Source: Bacteroidales bacterium UBA4181
Lineage (GTDB): Bacteria > Bacteroidota > Bacteroidia > Bacteroidales > UBA4181
DNA length: 64,000 bases
Direction of reading: 5' to 3'
Assembly (NCBI GenBank): GCA_002380425.1
Contig: DFUR01000106.1
Span: 28,517-92,516, forward strand
Each line of letters starts with the position of its first letter. The first letter of the stretch is position 1. The notes below the pieces were generated by a model. The model did no database searches and had not been told where the DNA came from. It saw nothing but the letters and a program-made list of their open reading frames with translations. The translations under genes were made by a program, and so were the position numbers. Below, in pieces: positions 41,841 through 53,300 of the stretch.

Positions 41841-42313
41841 GATTTCTTTTGTAGTTTGGAACCTTCTTTGTTCAATTGCTTGGTGAGCAGCGCCCGGGTA
41901 TAGACCGCATTCTCAAAAGTGGGCGCAAAAGTGATGGCATCCGAAGGACAGTTCTTGACGCAAAGGGCGCAGAAAGTACACTGATCCAAACGATAAATGT
42001 AGCGGTCCAGCACTTTTTTAGATTTGCCGTCTTCATTCTGTTCGGTTTTGGACAACACCGTGATGGTTCCGTTGGGGCATACCATCTGACAAATCCCGCA
42101 CGCGGTGCACTTATGCTCATTCAGTTCGTTGTGCGGCATGGTCAGTTCTCCCTTGCTGCGTTCAAAGATTTCCAGAGTGGCTCTGTTTTCGGGGTATTGT
42201 TGGGTAACAATCTCCCTGGGATGGAAGAAATGATACCCGGTCACAGACATCCCCTGCAGCAGGGAACGGACTCCCTGGAACAAGCCGGATAGATATTTTT
42301 TTAAACCTCTCAT
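41837..42313 (-). CDS. nuoI: NADH-quinone oxidoreductase subunit I (2x[4Fe-4S])
   Basis: TQQYPE, CTACGICQMVCP and CTFCALCVKNCP motifs. Confidence 0.93.
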   Translation of the reverse strand: MRGLKKYLSGLFQGVRSLLQGMSVTGYHFFHPREIVTQQYPENRATLEIFERSKGELTMPHNELNEHKCTACGICQMVCPNGTITVLSKTEQNEDGKSKKVLDRYIYRLDQCTFCALCVKNCPSDAITFAPTFENAVYTRALLTKQLNKEGSKLQKKS

Positions 42314-42334
42314 TATCGAGCAATTACAAAATCA

Positions 42335-43414
42335 TTAAAAATGCCAGCCCAACAGAATGATCACCGTCATCAGCAACAGATTGAAGAAACTGACGGGCAT
42401 CAGATACTTCCACTCAAGCGTCAGCAACTGGTCAATGCGCAAGCGGGGAAAAGTCCACTTGAACCACATAGTGACCCACACCAACAGGAATGTCTTGCCA
42501 AAAAACCATACGATGGGCGGGATAAAATCCATCACGGCATTGAAAGCCTCCCACGAACCAATATGCAGGGGCATCCACCCTCCCAGAAACAAGGTGGCGG
42601 CAATCGCGGCTCCAATGAACATATTGAGGTACTCAGCAAGGTAGAAAAAGGCAAACCGAAGCCCGGAATATTCGGTATGGTACCCGGCAATCAGTTCCGA
42701 TTCAGCCTCAGCCAGGTCAAAAGGTCCCCGGTTGGCTTCGGCGGTGGAGGCAATCAGGAACACCACGAAGGCAATCAGGGCTGGAAGATGTCCCTTGAAC
42801 AGGAACCACCCATCGGCCTGAGCCTCCACAATACCCGAGAGTTGCATGGTTCCGGCAAAGGCAACCATGGTGATGTACGTCAGGCCCACCGAGAGTTCAT
42901 AACTCACCACCTGAGCCCCACTCCGCATGGCACCAATCACCGTGTATTTATTGTTGCTGGCCCAGCCTCCCAGCAAAATCCCCAGTACAGCCAGGGAGGA
43001 GACTGCCATCAGATAAAACACCCCGATATTGAAATCAATAGCGTGGAGTCCACGAGCGAAAGGCAGTGCTCCGAAGGACAAGAACGCCGCCATAATGATG
43101 ATAAAGGGCGCCACATTGTACAACAGCACATCCACCCCCCGGGGGGTTACCAACTCCTTGGTAAGCAGTTTGAGCATATCGGCGATAAGCTGCAAGGTGC
43201 CCCATTTCCCCACCCGGTTAGGTCCCAGCCTTACCTGGAAAAACGCACATACCTTGCGTTCCATATACACCAGAATCATGCCCAGGACTGCAAAAGCAGC
43301 CAGACCGGCAATCAGCACCAGCAAAGCCTCCACAAGAAGCACCCAGAACGGGGGCAGAACAGACAACAATAGCTGATCCAGAGAAGAGGTTAATTTTGAG
43401 AAATCGTATATCAT
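42335..43414 (-). CDS. nuoH: NADH-quinone oxidoreductase subunit H
   Basis: ERK...[33 protein letters not shown] and PRLRIDQ motifs. Confidence 0.96.
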   Translation of the reverse strand: MIYDFSKLTSSLDQLLLSVLPPFWVLLVEALLVLIAGLAAFAVLGMILVYMERKVCAFFQVRLGPNRVGKWGTLQLIADMLKLLTKELVTPRGVDVLLYNVAPFIIIMAAFLSFGALPFARGLHAIDFNIGVFYLMAVSSLAVLGILLGGWASNNKYTVIGAMRSGAQVVSYELSVGLTYITMVAFAGTMQLSGIVEAQADGWFLFKGHLPALIAFVVFLIASTAEANRGPFDLAEAESELIAGYHTEYSGLRFAFFYLAEYLNMFIGAAIAATLFLGGWMPLHIGSWEAFNAVMDFIPPIVWFFGKTFLLVWVTMWFKWTFPRLRIDQLLTLEWKYLMPVSFFNLLLMTVIILLGWHF

Positions 43415-43431
43415 GACAAATTCTTTTGAAT

Positions 43432-45039
43432 CTAGCGGTCAATATCGGGAATCACAAAATCCAGTGAGCCGCTGATAGCGATCAGGTCTGCAATCTTAAA
43501 GCCGTGACACAGGTGGGGTAAGGCGGCCAGAGTACTGAAGCCGGGAGAACGGAATTTGAGCCTGTACGGAAATTTATCCCCCTGACTCACCAGCCACACC
43601 CCAAGATCTCCCCGCGCCGTTTCCACTCTTTGATAATACTCGCCTTCAGGCACCCTGATCACCGGCTTCATTTTGGCAGCATAATCCCCTGAAGGAATCT
43701 GATCTATGAGTTGCTCGATGATGTTCAGGGAGGTTTCTAGTTCATCCATACGCAGCATATAGCGCGCAAAGACATCGCCTTCTGTGCGGATGGCTTCCTG
43801 AAAATCCACCTGGGAATACACATGATACGGATCCTGTTTGCGCACATCACAATGCCAGCCCGAAGCCCTTCCCGAAGGACCGGTAACCCCGAAGGATACC
43901 GCATTCTCGTGGCTGAGCACCCCGATGTTGCGGGATCGGCCCTGGAAAATGACGTTCCCGGACAACAACCGGTGGTATTCTGGAAGCCGACGGCGCATCT
44001 CCCGTATAAAGTCCTTTACCCTGCGCTGAAAATTCGGATGAAGGTCGTACATCACTCCTCCAGGACAAACATAACTCAGCACCAGACGAGCTCCGCAGGT
44101 CTCCTCGAAGATATCCAGAATGTGATCCCTCTCGCGCATGGAGTAGAAGAAGCAGGTGGTTGCCCCAAGGTCCATCCCGAAGGATGTCCAAAACAGCAGG
44201 TGCGAAGCAACACGGGTAAGTTCATCCATGATGGTGCGAATGTACTGAGCTCTCAGAGGCACCTCAACCTGCAGTGCTTTTTCCACACATAGGCACACAG
44301 CCTCATTGTTGATATGGGCTGAAAGGTAATCCATCCGGTCCGTTAGGTGTACAATCTGCTGATAAGTAAGATGTTCACACATCTTTTCAATGCCCCGGTG
44401 AATGTATCCGCAATGCGGCTGAACCTGATCCACATTCTCACCCTCCAGAGTGATAACCAGACGAAGGACCCCATGAGTTGAGGGATGCTGCGGCCCGAAG
44501 TTGATGATGAACGTCTCATCCTTACCCTTGCCGGAAGCCAGCTTACGAATCCCCTCATCCTCATAGGCCCCTTCAGTTTCCAAATGCAAGGGGTTAGACG
44601 CCTGGTAATCCTTGCGAAGGGGGAAGCCCATCCATTTGTCGCTCATAAAAATGCGGCGCATGTCCGGATGGTTCGTGAAACGAATGCCAAACATATCGTA
44701 CACCTCCCGCTCATGAAACTCTGCTCCAACCCACAAGTCGCTGATAGTATCAATTGTAGGGGTAATACGTTCCGGAGTCTGGGTTTTGAGTACCAGTACG
44801 TGCCCGTGACGCGTGGAACGCAAATGATACACCACCCCCAGATTGGCGCCCCAATCCACACCGCTCAGACACATGAGGTAGTCGAAATCGGTTTCTTCGT
44901 TTTCTTTCAGGAAACGTGCCAGGTCGTGCAGGGCATCCGCTTCCACCCGCAAAGCGGGATAGGTATTCACATATTCTTCCACTGCGACCTTCCCGGGCGC
45001 AAATGCCAATACCTTGTCAAGTAAGGCCTGATCTGTCAT
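43432..45039 (-). CDS. nuoCD: Fused NADH-quinone oxidoreductase subunit C/D
   Basis: [42 protein letters not shown] and terminal DIDR; no NiFe CxxC motifs. Confidence 0.95.
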   Translation of the reverse strand: MTDQALLDKVLAFAPGKVAVEEYVNTYPALRVEADALHDLARFLKENEETDFDYLMCLSGVDWGANLGVVYHLRSTRHGHVLVLKTQTPERITPTIDTISDLWVGAEFHEREVYDMFGIRFTNHPDMRRIFMSDKWMGFPLRKDYQASNPLHLETEGAYEDEGIRKLASGKGKDETFIINFGPQHPSTHGVLRLVITLEGENVDQVQPHCGYIHRGIEKMCEHLTYQQIVHLTDRMDYLSAHINNEAVCLCVEKALQVEVPLRAQYIRTIMDELTRVASHLLFWTSFGMDLGATTCFFYSMRERDHILDIFEETCGARLVLSYVCPGGVMYDLHPNFQRRVKDFIREMRRRLPEYHRLLSGNVIFQGRSRNIGVLSHENAVSFGVTGPSGRASGWHCDVRKQDPYHVYSQVDFQEAIRTEGDVFARYMLRMDELETSLNIIEQLIDQIPSGDYAAKMKPVIRVPEGEYYQRVETARGDLGVWLVSQGDKFPYRLKFRSPGFSTLAALPHLCHGFKIADLIAISGSLDFVIPDIDR

Positions 45040-45045
45040 GCTATA

Positions 45046-45606
45046 CTATTTGTCTTCTTCTTTCTTCCCCAAGGGAAGCGAATAACTCACTTTAATCTTG
45101 CGCTGCAATTGCATGATGCCATACAGCAATGCTTCGGGACGCACAGGACAACCGGGGATATACACATCCACAGGAATAATATCCTCAATTCCGTTCACCA
45201 CATGATAAGAATCCCGGAAAGGCCCACCGGATATGGCGCAATTACCCATGGCCACCACGTACTTGGGATCAGCCATCTGATCGTACAGACGTTTGAGTAC
45301 TGGTGCCATCTTGTGCACAATAGTTCCGGCAACGACCATCAAATCAGCCTGACGGGGAGAAGAACGATACACCTCAATCCCAAAGCGCGAGAAATCGGTC
45401 CTGGCTGCTCCCGCGGCCATGATCTCAATACCACAACAACTGGTAGCAAACATTAGGGGCCACAGCGAATTCGCCCGGCCCCAGCTTACTAGGTCGCTGA
45501 CCGTCGTCAGCACCACATTCGTTCCTGATTCCCGCAACTGCTCCAAGGCTTCGTTATCCTTGAAGTCTGTGGGCATCATGGATTTTATTTTCGGTTTTAT
45601 TCCCAT
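45046..45606 (-). CDS. nuoB: NADH-quinone oxidoreductase subunit B
   Basis: SLWP..F.TSCC.IE, SPRQAD, MG.CAISGG and YIPGCP.RPE motifs; ATG 45606 overlaps the nuoA end. Confidence 0.95.
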   Translation of the reverse strand: MGIKPKIKSMMPTDFKDNEALEQLRESGTNVVLTTVSDLVSWGRANSLWPLMFATSCCGIEIMAAGAARTDFSRFGIEVYRSSPRQADLMVVAGTIVHKMAPVLKRLYDQMADPKYVVAMGNCAISGGPFRDSYHVVNGIEDIIPVDVYIPGCPVRPEALLYGIMQLQRKIKVSYSLPLGKKEEDK

Positions 45607-45947
45607 TCCAACGCTTTTGTTTTCCATGCATAGGCAAGACCCAGTACAAGGATGAATAAAAAGATAAGAATCTCCACAAAGGCAATCACACCCAACGACC
45701 GCATCACCACAGCCCAGGGGAACATAAACACGCATTCAACCTCAAATATCAGGAAGAGCAATGCAAAAAGATAATAACCTACATTAAACTGTTGCCAGGC
45801 CCAACCCGTCGCGGCAATCCCGCATTCGTACGGATCCAGCTTCTGCGGATTCCGGGAGGTTGGAGCAAGCAGCCAGGCCATAATGATCCCGGCCCCAACC
45901 ATCAGGATTGCGGTAATAAAAAAGACCAACAGCCATACAGAGCTCAT
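45597..45947 (-). CDS. nuoA: NADH-quinone oxidoreductase subunit A
   Basis: K..PYECG, YY..ALLFLIFEVE..F.FPW and ALEW motifs. Confidence 0.95.
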   Translation of the reverse strand: MSSVWLLVFFITAILMVGAGIIMAWLLAPTSRNPQKLDPYECGIAATGWAWQQFNVGYYLFALLFLIFEVECVFMFPWAVVMRSLGVIAFVEILIFLFILVLGLAYAWKTKALEWE

Positions 45948-46091
45948 TCGTATAGTATTAGTATATTTTAATAAAAATCAGGTGTTCTTTGAAAAAATTT
46001 GATGACTCAAATCGCCGCAAATTTGGCTCATTTTTTCTCAATAAAAAAACAACTCGCCGTTTTTTAGCATCTTTGCAGCAAAATTCAGTGT

Positions 46092-47183
46092 ATGGAGCCG
46101 GATAGCAAACCATTTACGCCTGTAAGCACCCTGGGAGAGTTTGGGTTGATCGGCCATCTCACCAATAGCCTGCATCTGCTACAACCTTCTTCCGTCAAAG
46201 GAGTCGGAGACGATGCCGCAGTGATCCGATACAAGGGGAATCCATACACCGTGGCCACCACCGATATGCTTTTGGAAGGGATTCATTTTGATCTCACCTA
46301 CACCCCCCTGAAACACCTGGGATACAAAGCAGCGATGGTGAACTTCTCGGATATTTATGCCATGAACGCCAGACCCCGGCAGTTGCTGATCTCTCTGGGC
46401 ATCTCGGGACGCTTCGGGGTGGAACAGCTTGAAGAACTCTATGCCGGACTCCATATGGCGTGCACCCGGCATGGAGTGGACCTGGTGGGAGGAGACACCA
46501 ACTCATCGCTCACAGGGCTGACCATCAGCATTACTGTTTTGGGAGAAGCGACAAAAAAACAACTCACCTACCGGAATACGGCCAGGGAAGGCGACCTGAT
46601 ATGCGTTTCGGGAGACCTGGGAGCTGCATATCTTGGGCTTCAGGTGCTGGAGCGCGAGAAGAAACTCTTCGAGCAGGATGCCTCTTTCCAACCCGACCTG
46701 AGTTCCTACGAGTATATTATCGGGAGGTTCCTCAAACCCGAAGCCCGCAAGGACATCATCGATTATCTGGAACGAGCCGGCATCACCCCTCACGCTATGA
46801 TTGACCTATCAGACGGATTGTCGTCCGACCTGATGCATGTCTGCGAACAGTCACAGCTGGGATGCAAGATATTCAACCACAAAATTCCCATTGAGGAACG
46901 TACGGCTCAGACTGCTGAAGAATTTGGACTGGAACCCCTGATCCCAGCCCTGAACGGCGGAGAAGACTATGAATTGCTATTCACCGTTGGTACAGATGCC
47001 TACGAAAAAATAATCCACTTCCCGGAAATATCCATCATCGGTCACATGGTAGAACCCGAGGCAGGAAGATACCTGGTTACCCAAGAGGGTACTGCCATTG
47101 AACTCAAGGCACAGGGATGGAACCACTCAGCCCCGATGCGCACGTCGCTCCCTGCGCAGGAGGATGGCCGGCAGAAAAAATAA
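46092..47183 (+). CDS. thiL: Thiamine-monophosphate kinase
   Basis: GEFGLI, GVGDDAAV, EGIHFD, VNFSDI.AMN, VGGDT, IDLSDGLSSD and GGEDYELLFT motifs. Confidence 0.96.
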   Translation: MEPDSKPFTPVSTLGEFGLIGHLTNSLHLLQPSSVKGVGDDAAVIRYKGNPYTVATTDMLLEGIHFDLTYTPLKHLGYKAAMVNFSDIYAMNARPRQLLISLGISGRFGVEQLEELYAGLHMACTRHGVDLVGGDTNSSLTGLTISITVLGEATKKQLTYRNTAREGDLICVSGDLGAAYLGLQVLEREKKLFEQDASFQPDLSSYEYIIGRFLKPEARKDIIDYLERAGITPHAMIDLSDGLSSDLMHVCEQSQLGCKIFNHKIPIEERTAQTAEEFGLEPLIPALNGGEDYELLFTVGTDAYEKIIHFPEISIIGHMVEPEAGRYLVTQEGTAIELKAQGWNHSAPMRTSLPAQEDGRQKK

Positions 47184-50100
47184 GATTCCAAACAGGGAAA
47201 ACACCAGCCCTCCAATGGTCCCTGCCGCCAATGACGGCCAGAACTCTTCGTTGGATGAAAACATCAGGAAGGGCACAAAACCCAAAATGGTAGAAAGAAT
47301 GGTCAGGCTGATGGGGAATATCTTCTGATGGAATGCCTTCATATACATCTGATATTCAGTCTTTTTCCCTGTCAAAAGCCGGTTACGCCGGCGTAACTGA
47401 TTGTAATCGTTCATAATATACAGGGAAGCATTCACCGTGATGCCTGTGAGCAGCACAAAGGCAGCAAATCCTCCCTGGTCAAACCTCAAATCGAAAAGGG
47501 GAAAAGTGATGAACAAGCCTATATAGGACACGGGGATCATTACAATAACAGCAAAGGGCTGCAACAAGGACTCAAAAAGAATGGCCGTTGTCATGAAAAT
47601 CATCACAATAACCAATAGCAACAAAAAGAGGTTCTTTGCCCCCCCAGTGGTTCCAAATCCATACTGTCTGGAGTTTTCATCTACGGAGAAACCCAGCGGA
47701 AGGACCTGCTTCATGCCCCTTATGACACGGTCGGTCAATCGGGTTGCCCCGGTAGACGAACCGATATAATCATAGGTGCAACTCACCATATACTGCTGGT
47801 CTTCCTTGCGAATCCTCTGGCTGACATACTCCCGCTTGAGTGTGGAAACATCTGTGAGCCTGACTCCTCCCCGCTCTGATGCAGCGGCTGTGTGCTGCAC
47901 CTGCCAAAGATCCATTCTCTGAGACTCCCGCGATATAAGATACAGGGGTTCAGAGCCTTCCGGGCTCCACACGGACCCGGCCATAGACTTGGTCCGGTCG
48001 AAGGGACCCAGAGCGGTGATCACCTCCCCGGGACGAACTCCGGCAATCATCAGGGCATACGGATCGAGAGACGCAACAAATTCAAAGTCCGGCTCCAGCG
48101 TATAACTGTCATCGGTAATGATCACTACCTCCTTGACTCTTTGAGAAATCGTCATCAAAGAATCCCGGCATTGCTGGGCATATCGCAACAAGGCATCCAG
48201 ATTATACCCCCGGAAGGTTATCCGCAGCCGGCCGAGTTGCTGGGAAACTGCATTACTAAAACCCCGTCCTACGCCTGATATACCCCAGTCCGCACCATCC
48301 ATGGTCCGGGCCTTGTCAATGAGTTCTGACTGCAGGGTGTAGGGCAGACCTGTGAATTCGTATTCCTCCAGAAAGGAAACCGAGATGGTTGCAGAGCCGG
48401 CCTGCACAGAGCTACGGTACTGATCTACCCCGGTGACCTTGCTGAGATATTCCTCCATGGAACGAATCATTTCGTCCATCTGCTCCAGAGAGGATCCATA
48501 AGGCATCTTTGCCTGCACATTCAGCATCGTACGCTGCATATCCCGGTCCCAGGAATAGCTGCCCGCATCCTGCATAAACAGCCGGAGGGTTCCCCCCAGA
48601 ACTTTTTCAGCAATAGGTTTGATCTCTTCATGGAAAAAATCACTCCCCAGAGTGGATTTGTAAACTTTCCGCCAGAGGGTTTCATCAGTAGTGCCCCCGG
48701 TTAAACTACCCGAAGACTTGGGCAACATGAACACAGGGAGGCCGAAAAGCAACACCACAGCAGCAACCAGCCAATATTTCCGGCGCACGGAGAAACGCAC
48801 CAGAGCCGCATAGACACGGGCCAGTCGCGCCATGCGGCGACGACGTCTCCAAACCGAGAGCCTTCGTTGTTCCCGTACCGGGAACCGGTCCATCAGGGCC
48901 GGAATCAGAAACAGTGCAACCCCAAGGGAAACAATCAGATTCACAATCAATAAAACACTGAAGTCCCCCAGAATCAACCGAGCATTCTCGTCCAGAAAGA
49001 AGACCACCATCAGGGATGAAAGGGTTGTCATCGTGGCTCCGAGGGTGGCCAGAAACACTTTGCGATTGTGGTGGTGTTGCCAGTGGTCCATCATCACAAT
49101 GCTGTTGTCCAGAATCAGCCCCAGAGAAACGGCCAGGCCCGCGAGCGTGAAGAGGTGAATCTTCACATCAAACAGGTAATAACACCCAAAGGCAATACAA
49201 AGATTTGCCATCAAGCTAAACACAATGATACTCAGATACCGTAGCCTACGGCTGGCCACCCACACAAAACACAGCAGGATGAGCAAGGTTGCTCCGGTAC
49301 GCAATACATTGCGTTTGAGCTCTTTCAAAATGGATTCCGACACATCGTAATGCAGCTCCAGAAAATACCCCCTTGGCAGAAGTTGTTCCAGCGCAGCAAC
49401 TTTTTCCTTAATCGCACTGGCAACCCTGAGCTGATTGGCGGTCTCCTCAGCAAACAAATCCAGAGTGACGGCATTGGCACCGTTCAGCCGGGAATACCTC
49501 GTGGGTTCCTGCTCCTGATGTCTCAGGGACACCAGATCGCGCACATGAAAGATGCGACCGTCCACCGACTTCACAGGAATATCCAGAAAATCCAGGTGAT
49601 CGGGCTTGCGGTTCCGGAACACCAGATGGATGAGCGACAACGAACCATCTTCATGCACCTCGGACCCTGAGCCGGCTGATGAAGCACTCAGATACGAACT
49701 GATGGCCGTTGATATATCCGAGGGACGTAAACCCATAGCCCTCAGGATCAGAGCATCGTAAGACATAACCCACTCCCAGCCTTCACCCCCGGAAACCTCC
49801 ACTTCGGCAACACCACGCAGAGCGGCGAGGGCCGGCGTCATGTGATCCTGTACGTAGGTGGAAATCATTGAAAGGGAGCCGGGAGCATTGACTGAATAAA
49901 TCAGCACTGGCGTTCTGCGGCCCGAACGGGGCTGATTAATGCTGACACGGGGATAACTAACCCCTGGAGGCAGCATGGGATACACCTGACGAATGAGGGT
50001 GGAGACTTCAAAGCGAAGGGCATCAAAGTCCACATATTCGTTGAAATTTATAGAAATACTTCCCCTGCCCTGAGCGGAGACCGATGTAACCTTGCGTACG

Positions 50101-50309
50101 CCCTTCATACGGGCAAACACCCCTTCGAGCACTGAGGTTACCTCCTGCTCCACCGTACGGGTGGAGTAGCCGCTCCAGGAATAGGAAACCGTAACGGAGG
50201 GGTACACCTTCTGGGGCCGCCACTGCACAGTGAGGTACGGGACCATCCCCAGCCCGGCCACCATCAGCATGACAAAAACCAGAATGACAGAGAAGGAGGA
50301 CAGTTTCAT
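47127..50309 (-). CDS. RND efflux permease (AcrB/AcrD/AcrF family), second of a pair
   Basis: 1060 aa, EQEVT..LE, GLILDNSIV, AILFESL.QP and TIGGL motifs; RND topology. Confidence 0.9.
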   Translation of the reverse strand: MKLSSFSVILVFVMLMVAGLGMVPYLTVQWRPQKVYPSVTVSYSWSGYSTRTVEQEVTSVLEGVFARMKGVRKVTSVSAQGRGSISINFNEYVDFDALRFEVSTLIRQVYPMLPPGVSYPRVSINQPRSGRRTPVLIYSVNAPGSLSMISTYVQDHMTPALAALRGVAEVEVSGGEGWEWVMSYDALILRAMGLRPSDISTAISSYLSASSAGSGSEVHEDGSLSLIHLVFRNRKPDHLDFLDIPVKSVDGRIFHVRDLVSLRHQEQEPTRYSRLNGANAVTLDLFAEETANQLRVASAIKEKVAALEQLLPRGYFLELHYDVSESILKELKRNVLRTGATLLILLCFVWVASRRLRYLSIIVFSLMANLCIAFGCYYLFDVKIHLFTLAGLAVSLGLILDNSIVMMDHWQHHHNRKVFLATLGATMTTLSSLMVVFFLDENARLILGDFSVLLIVNLIVSLGVALFLIPALMDRFPVREQRRLSVWRRRRRMARLARVYAALVRFSVRRKYWLVAAVVLLFGLPVFMLPKSSGSLTGGTTDETLWRKVYKSTLGSDFFHEEIKPIAEKVLGGTLRLFMQDAGSYSWDRDMQRTMLNVQAKMPYGSSLEQMDEMIRSMEEYLSKVTGVDQYRSSVQAGSATISVSFLEEYEFTGLPYTLQSELIDKARTMDGADWGISGVGRGFSNAVSQQLGRLRITFRGYNLDALLRYAQQCRDSLMTISQRVKEVVIITDDSYTLEPDFEFVASLDPYALMIAGVRPGEVITALGPFDRTKSMAGSVWSPEGSEPLYLISRESQRMDLWQVQHTAAASERGGVRLTDVSTLKREYVSQRIRKEDQQYMVSCTYDYIGSSTGATRLTDRVIRGMKQVLPLGFSVDENSRQYGFGTTGGAKNLFLLLLVIVMIFMTTAILFESLLQPFAVIVMIPVSYIGLFITFPLFDLRFDQGGFAAFVLLTGITVNASLYIMNDYNQLRRRNRLLTGKKTEYQMYMKAFHQKIFPISLTILSTILGFVPFLMFSSNEEFWPSLAAGTIGGLVFSLFGILFFLPAILLRRERRAHRG

Positions 50310-53300
50310 GCGCCCCGGACATTTTCGGACCTACGGTAAACAAACCAGTAGGCCAGAGGTATGAAATAAAGACTCACGAGGGTTCCCAGAGTCATCCCGC
50401 CAATAAGTGCCAATGAAAGAGGACGCTGCAACTCCGAACCCATATCCTGACTCCACAGGAAGGGCAGAATCCCACAAATAGTGGTCAGACTGGTCATGAC
50501 TATCGAACGCAGGCGTACCCTGCCTCCGGTTTGAATTGCCTCCATCAAAGGCATGCCATCCTTGCGGAAACGATTGATGGTATCTACCTTGAGGATAGAG
50601 TCGTTGATGATTACCCCGCACATCACTACCAGTCCGATGCCCGACATAAGATTGAGGGAATCCCCGCAAACCCACAGCAGGAAAAGCGCTCCTGCAATAT
50701 CCACCGGCAACTCCAGCAACACAATCAAGGGCTGCAGCAACGACTCAAACTGGGCCGCCAGAATGCAATACAGCAACAGCACTGACACCATCAGGATAAG
50801 CGACAGCTCGCCAATCATCGAGCGGTTCTCCACGATGGAACCTCCAAATTGAACCTGAGGCATATCCCATTCGCGCACAAGAGTCCGGAGCACACTTTTT
50901 GCCGAGTCCATATCTCTGGGCCGGATATGATAACTCAGGGGGAGATACTCTCCCTGCTCGCCTCCGGTGATAAATTTCAAATCCCGGTCGCGGAACACCG
51001 AAATAAAAAACGAAACCGGGATTTGATCGCCCTGAGCATTAGCCACTTTGAGTGTGCTGAGGGTTTCCTGAACCCGCATTGGCTCCGTCCCCAAAACAAT
51101 AGGTAAATCACGCTGTGAGGAACGAAGCACCATCACCTGTTCCTCGCCAAAAGCCGACCGGAGGGCCGACATCACAGCATTCTGACTGACACCATACAAA
51201 AGCAGGCGCTCTTGTATCAGCCCGATGCTCAGGTATTCTTTGAACGGCAGGACATTGGGGGCGTACGCTCCCATCCGCCTGTCCGCCTCTGCAACAAAAG
51301 CAACAATGCTGTCCACGGGCATGCGGGGATTGGTTGGGACCCCGACCTGCGCTTCCAGCGGGGCCTTCCGGGTTTCAAATATCTGCTCAAAAAGATTGAC
51401 AGGAGGCAGGATGGTCAGCGTTGCCAGAGGATACTGCCGATCGAACAATGCTCTGAGCTGTTCCTCAACAAGCGGTAGCTGTCCGGAACGCTGCACCTTA
51501 AGATACAGTTCCGTTTGATAGTAGTCCAGATTCTTCTGCTGGTTGAGCACAAAAGTCTGTTCCCCGATGTAACTGTTGCTGCTGAGCAGAAACGAATCCA
51601 GCATGCTGAGCATCTCAATAGTACGCCTCCGGTTTTCCTCCACGTGGATGTTCTGGTTCCAGGAAATCTGTACCCGCATCTCGGTCTGGTCCATTTCCGG
51701 GAGGGACCGGACCTCAATGACCCGAAACAGAAACACCACGGACACCAGCAGGAGAGCCACAATCAGGGTGGTAACTGTTTTGTGCCGGAACACCCATTCC
51801 AGACCGTGCTCGTATCCCTGTTCAAAACGTTCCGAAATACAAAGTTTCTGCCCCAAACGTTGCATCAAGGAATCTCTGGCCGGCTCAGTAGAGGAAGCCT
51901 TTTTATTTCTGATGCTGTACAGGATGGCAACCATAACCGGAAGCAACGTAACGGCCACAATAAAGGATGCAAAATTTCCAAGCGAGACGCTCACTGCTTC
52001 ATCGAAAAAAAGAGCCCCAGCCATCCCGCTCATGAAAATGAGGGGCAGGAAGACTGAGCTGGTGGTAAACGTAGAACTCAGCATTGGCACCATCACCTCA
52101 TTGGTTCCCCGGACACAGGCTTCTCTCAGGGTATGACCCATCCCCTTATAGCGGATAATGTTGTCCAGCACAATAATGGAACAGTCCACAATCATCCCAA
52201 TGCCCAGGGCCAGCCCCGAGAGCGAGATGATATTGATAGACAGATGCATCAGGTGGAAAAATATAAAACTCAGCACCATGGCGATAGGGACAGTGATCCC
52301 GATGAGCAGGGGTGCCCGGAAGTCATTTAGAAAAAACAGCAGCACCAGGAAGGCCAGGATACATCCCGTGACCAGGTTCTGAATCAAATTCCCGATGGTG
52401 TAATCCAGCAGGATGCTCTGGTCCTGGGAAACAGAAAACTGCATCTGGGGATAATCCTTTTCAAAACGCTGAATCTGATTGTTCAGGGCCTCCTTGAGGT
52501 CGGCCATTTTCGCCTCCGATTGCTGGATGACCGCCATAGTCACCCCCCGGGAAGGTCCATCCAGAAACATTCCCCGCGGTTCAGCCGGCCTCAGCACTAC
52601 CTCGGCCAGATCCTGCAACTGATACATCTTGCCGTTGTACTGCAGATGGATATCTGCAATATCCTCCTGAGAGATAATGGACGTAGCAAAACGCACGGAA
52701 TACTGAAAATAACCGTCCCTGACCGACATCGAACCCACTCCTGCGCCGCGGCTCGTCAGAGCAGACGAAAAAATATCATCCCGGAGTCCCAGGCTTTCCA
52801 TCTTGTCCTTTTTGGGCCGGATGAGAATCTCAGGAGATGCCAGCCCGCTCATATCCACCATGGCCACCTCGGGCAGTTGCTCCAGCCGTCTTCGGAGGAC
52901 CTGATCGCAAAAATTACTCAGTTGTACAAAGCGGGTATCATCCCTGCCCGGACCGTCAGCGTTGGATGGAACGGAGTCATCGCGCAGGGTAACATTAAGA
53001 TAGAAAACCGGCAAATCCTGAGCTGAAGCTTTGATCACCCTGGGACGGGACAGTCCCTGGGGATAAGAAGCCATGCCAAGGTCTATTTTCTCATTGACCT
53101 CAATAAAGGCATAATCAATGGAAGTCCCGTATTCAAACAAAAGACGTAAGGTTGCCGCACCATCGGTAGTCTCTGTCAAAATATCCCGGAGGTGACTCAC
53201 TTGCATCAAGTCTGAACGCATCCGCGACACTACGGCACCCTCCAACTCCCGGGCGGTCGATTTAGGATCGCTCACCTGTACCGTGATCACAGGGATGTCC

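Noticed and set aside
42341-43372. Long antisense ORFs (e.g. 42341-43372, 59882-60838, 3210-4169, 26115-26942, 62831-63646)
   Set aside because: Shadow frames opposite well-conserved genes, with no recognisable domains
43432-45606. Possible group 4 [NiFe]-hydrogenase instead of complex I
   Set aside because: The large subunit lacks both CxxC nickel motifs and ends in the NuoD-type DIDR
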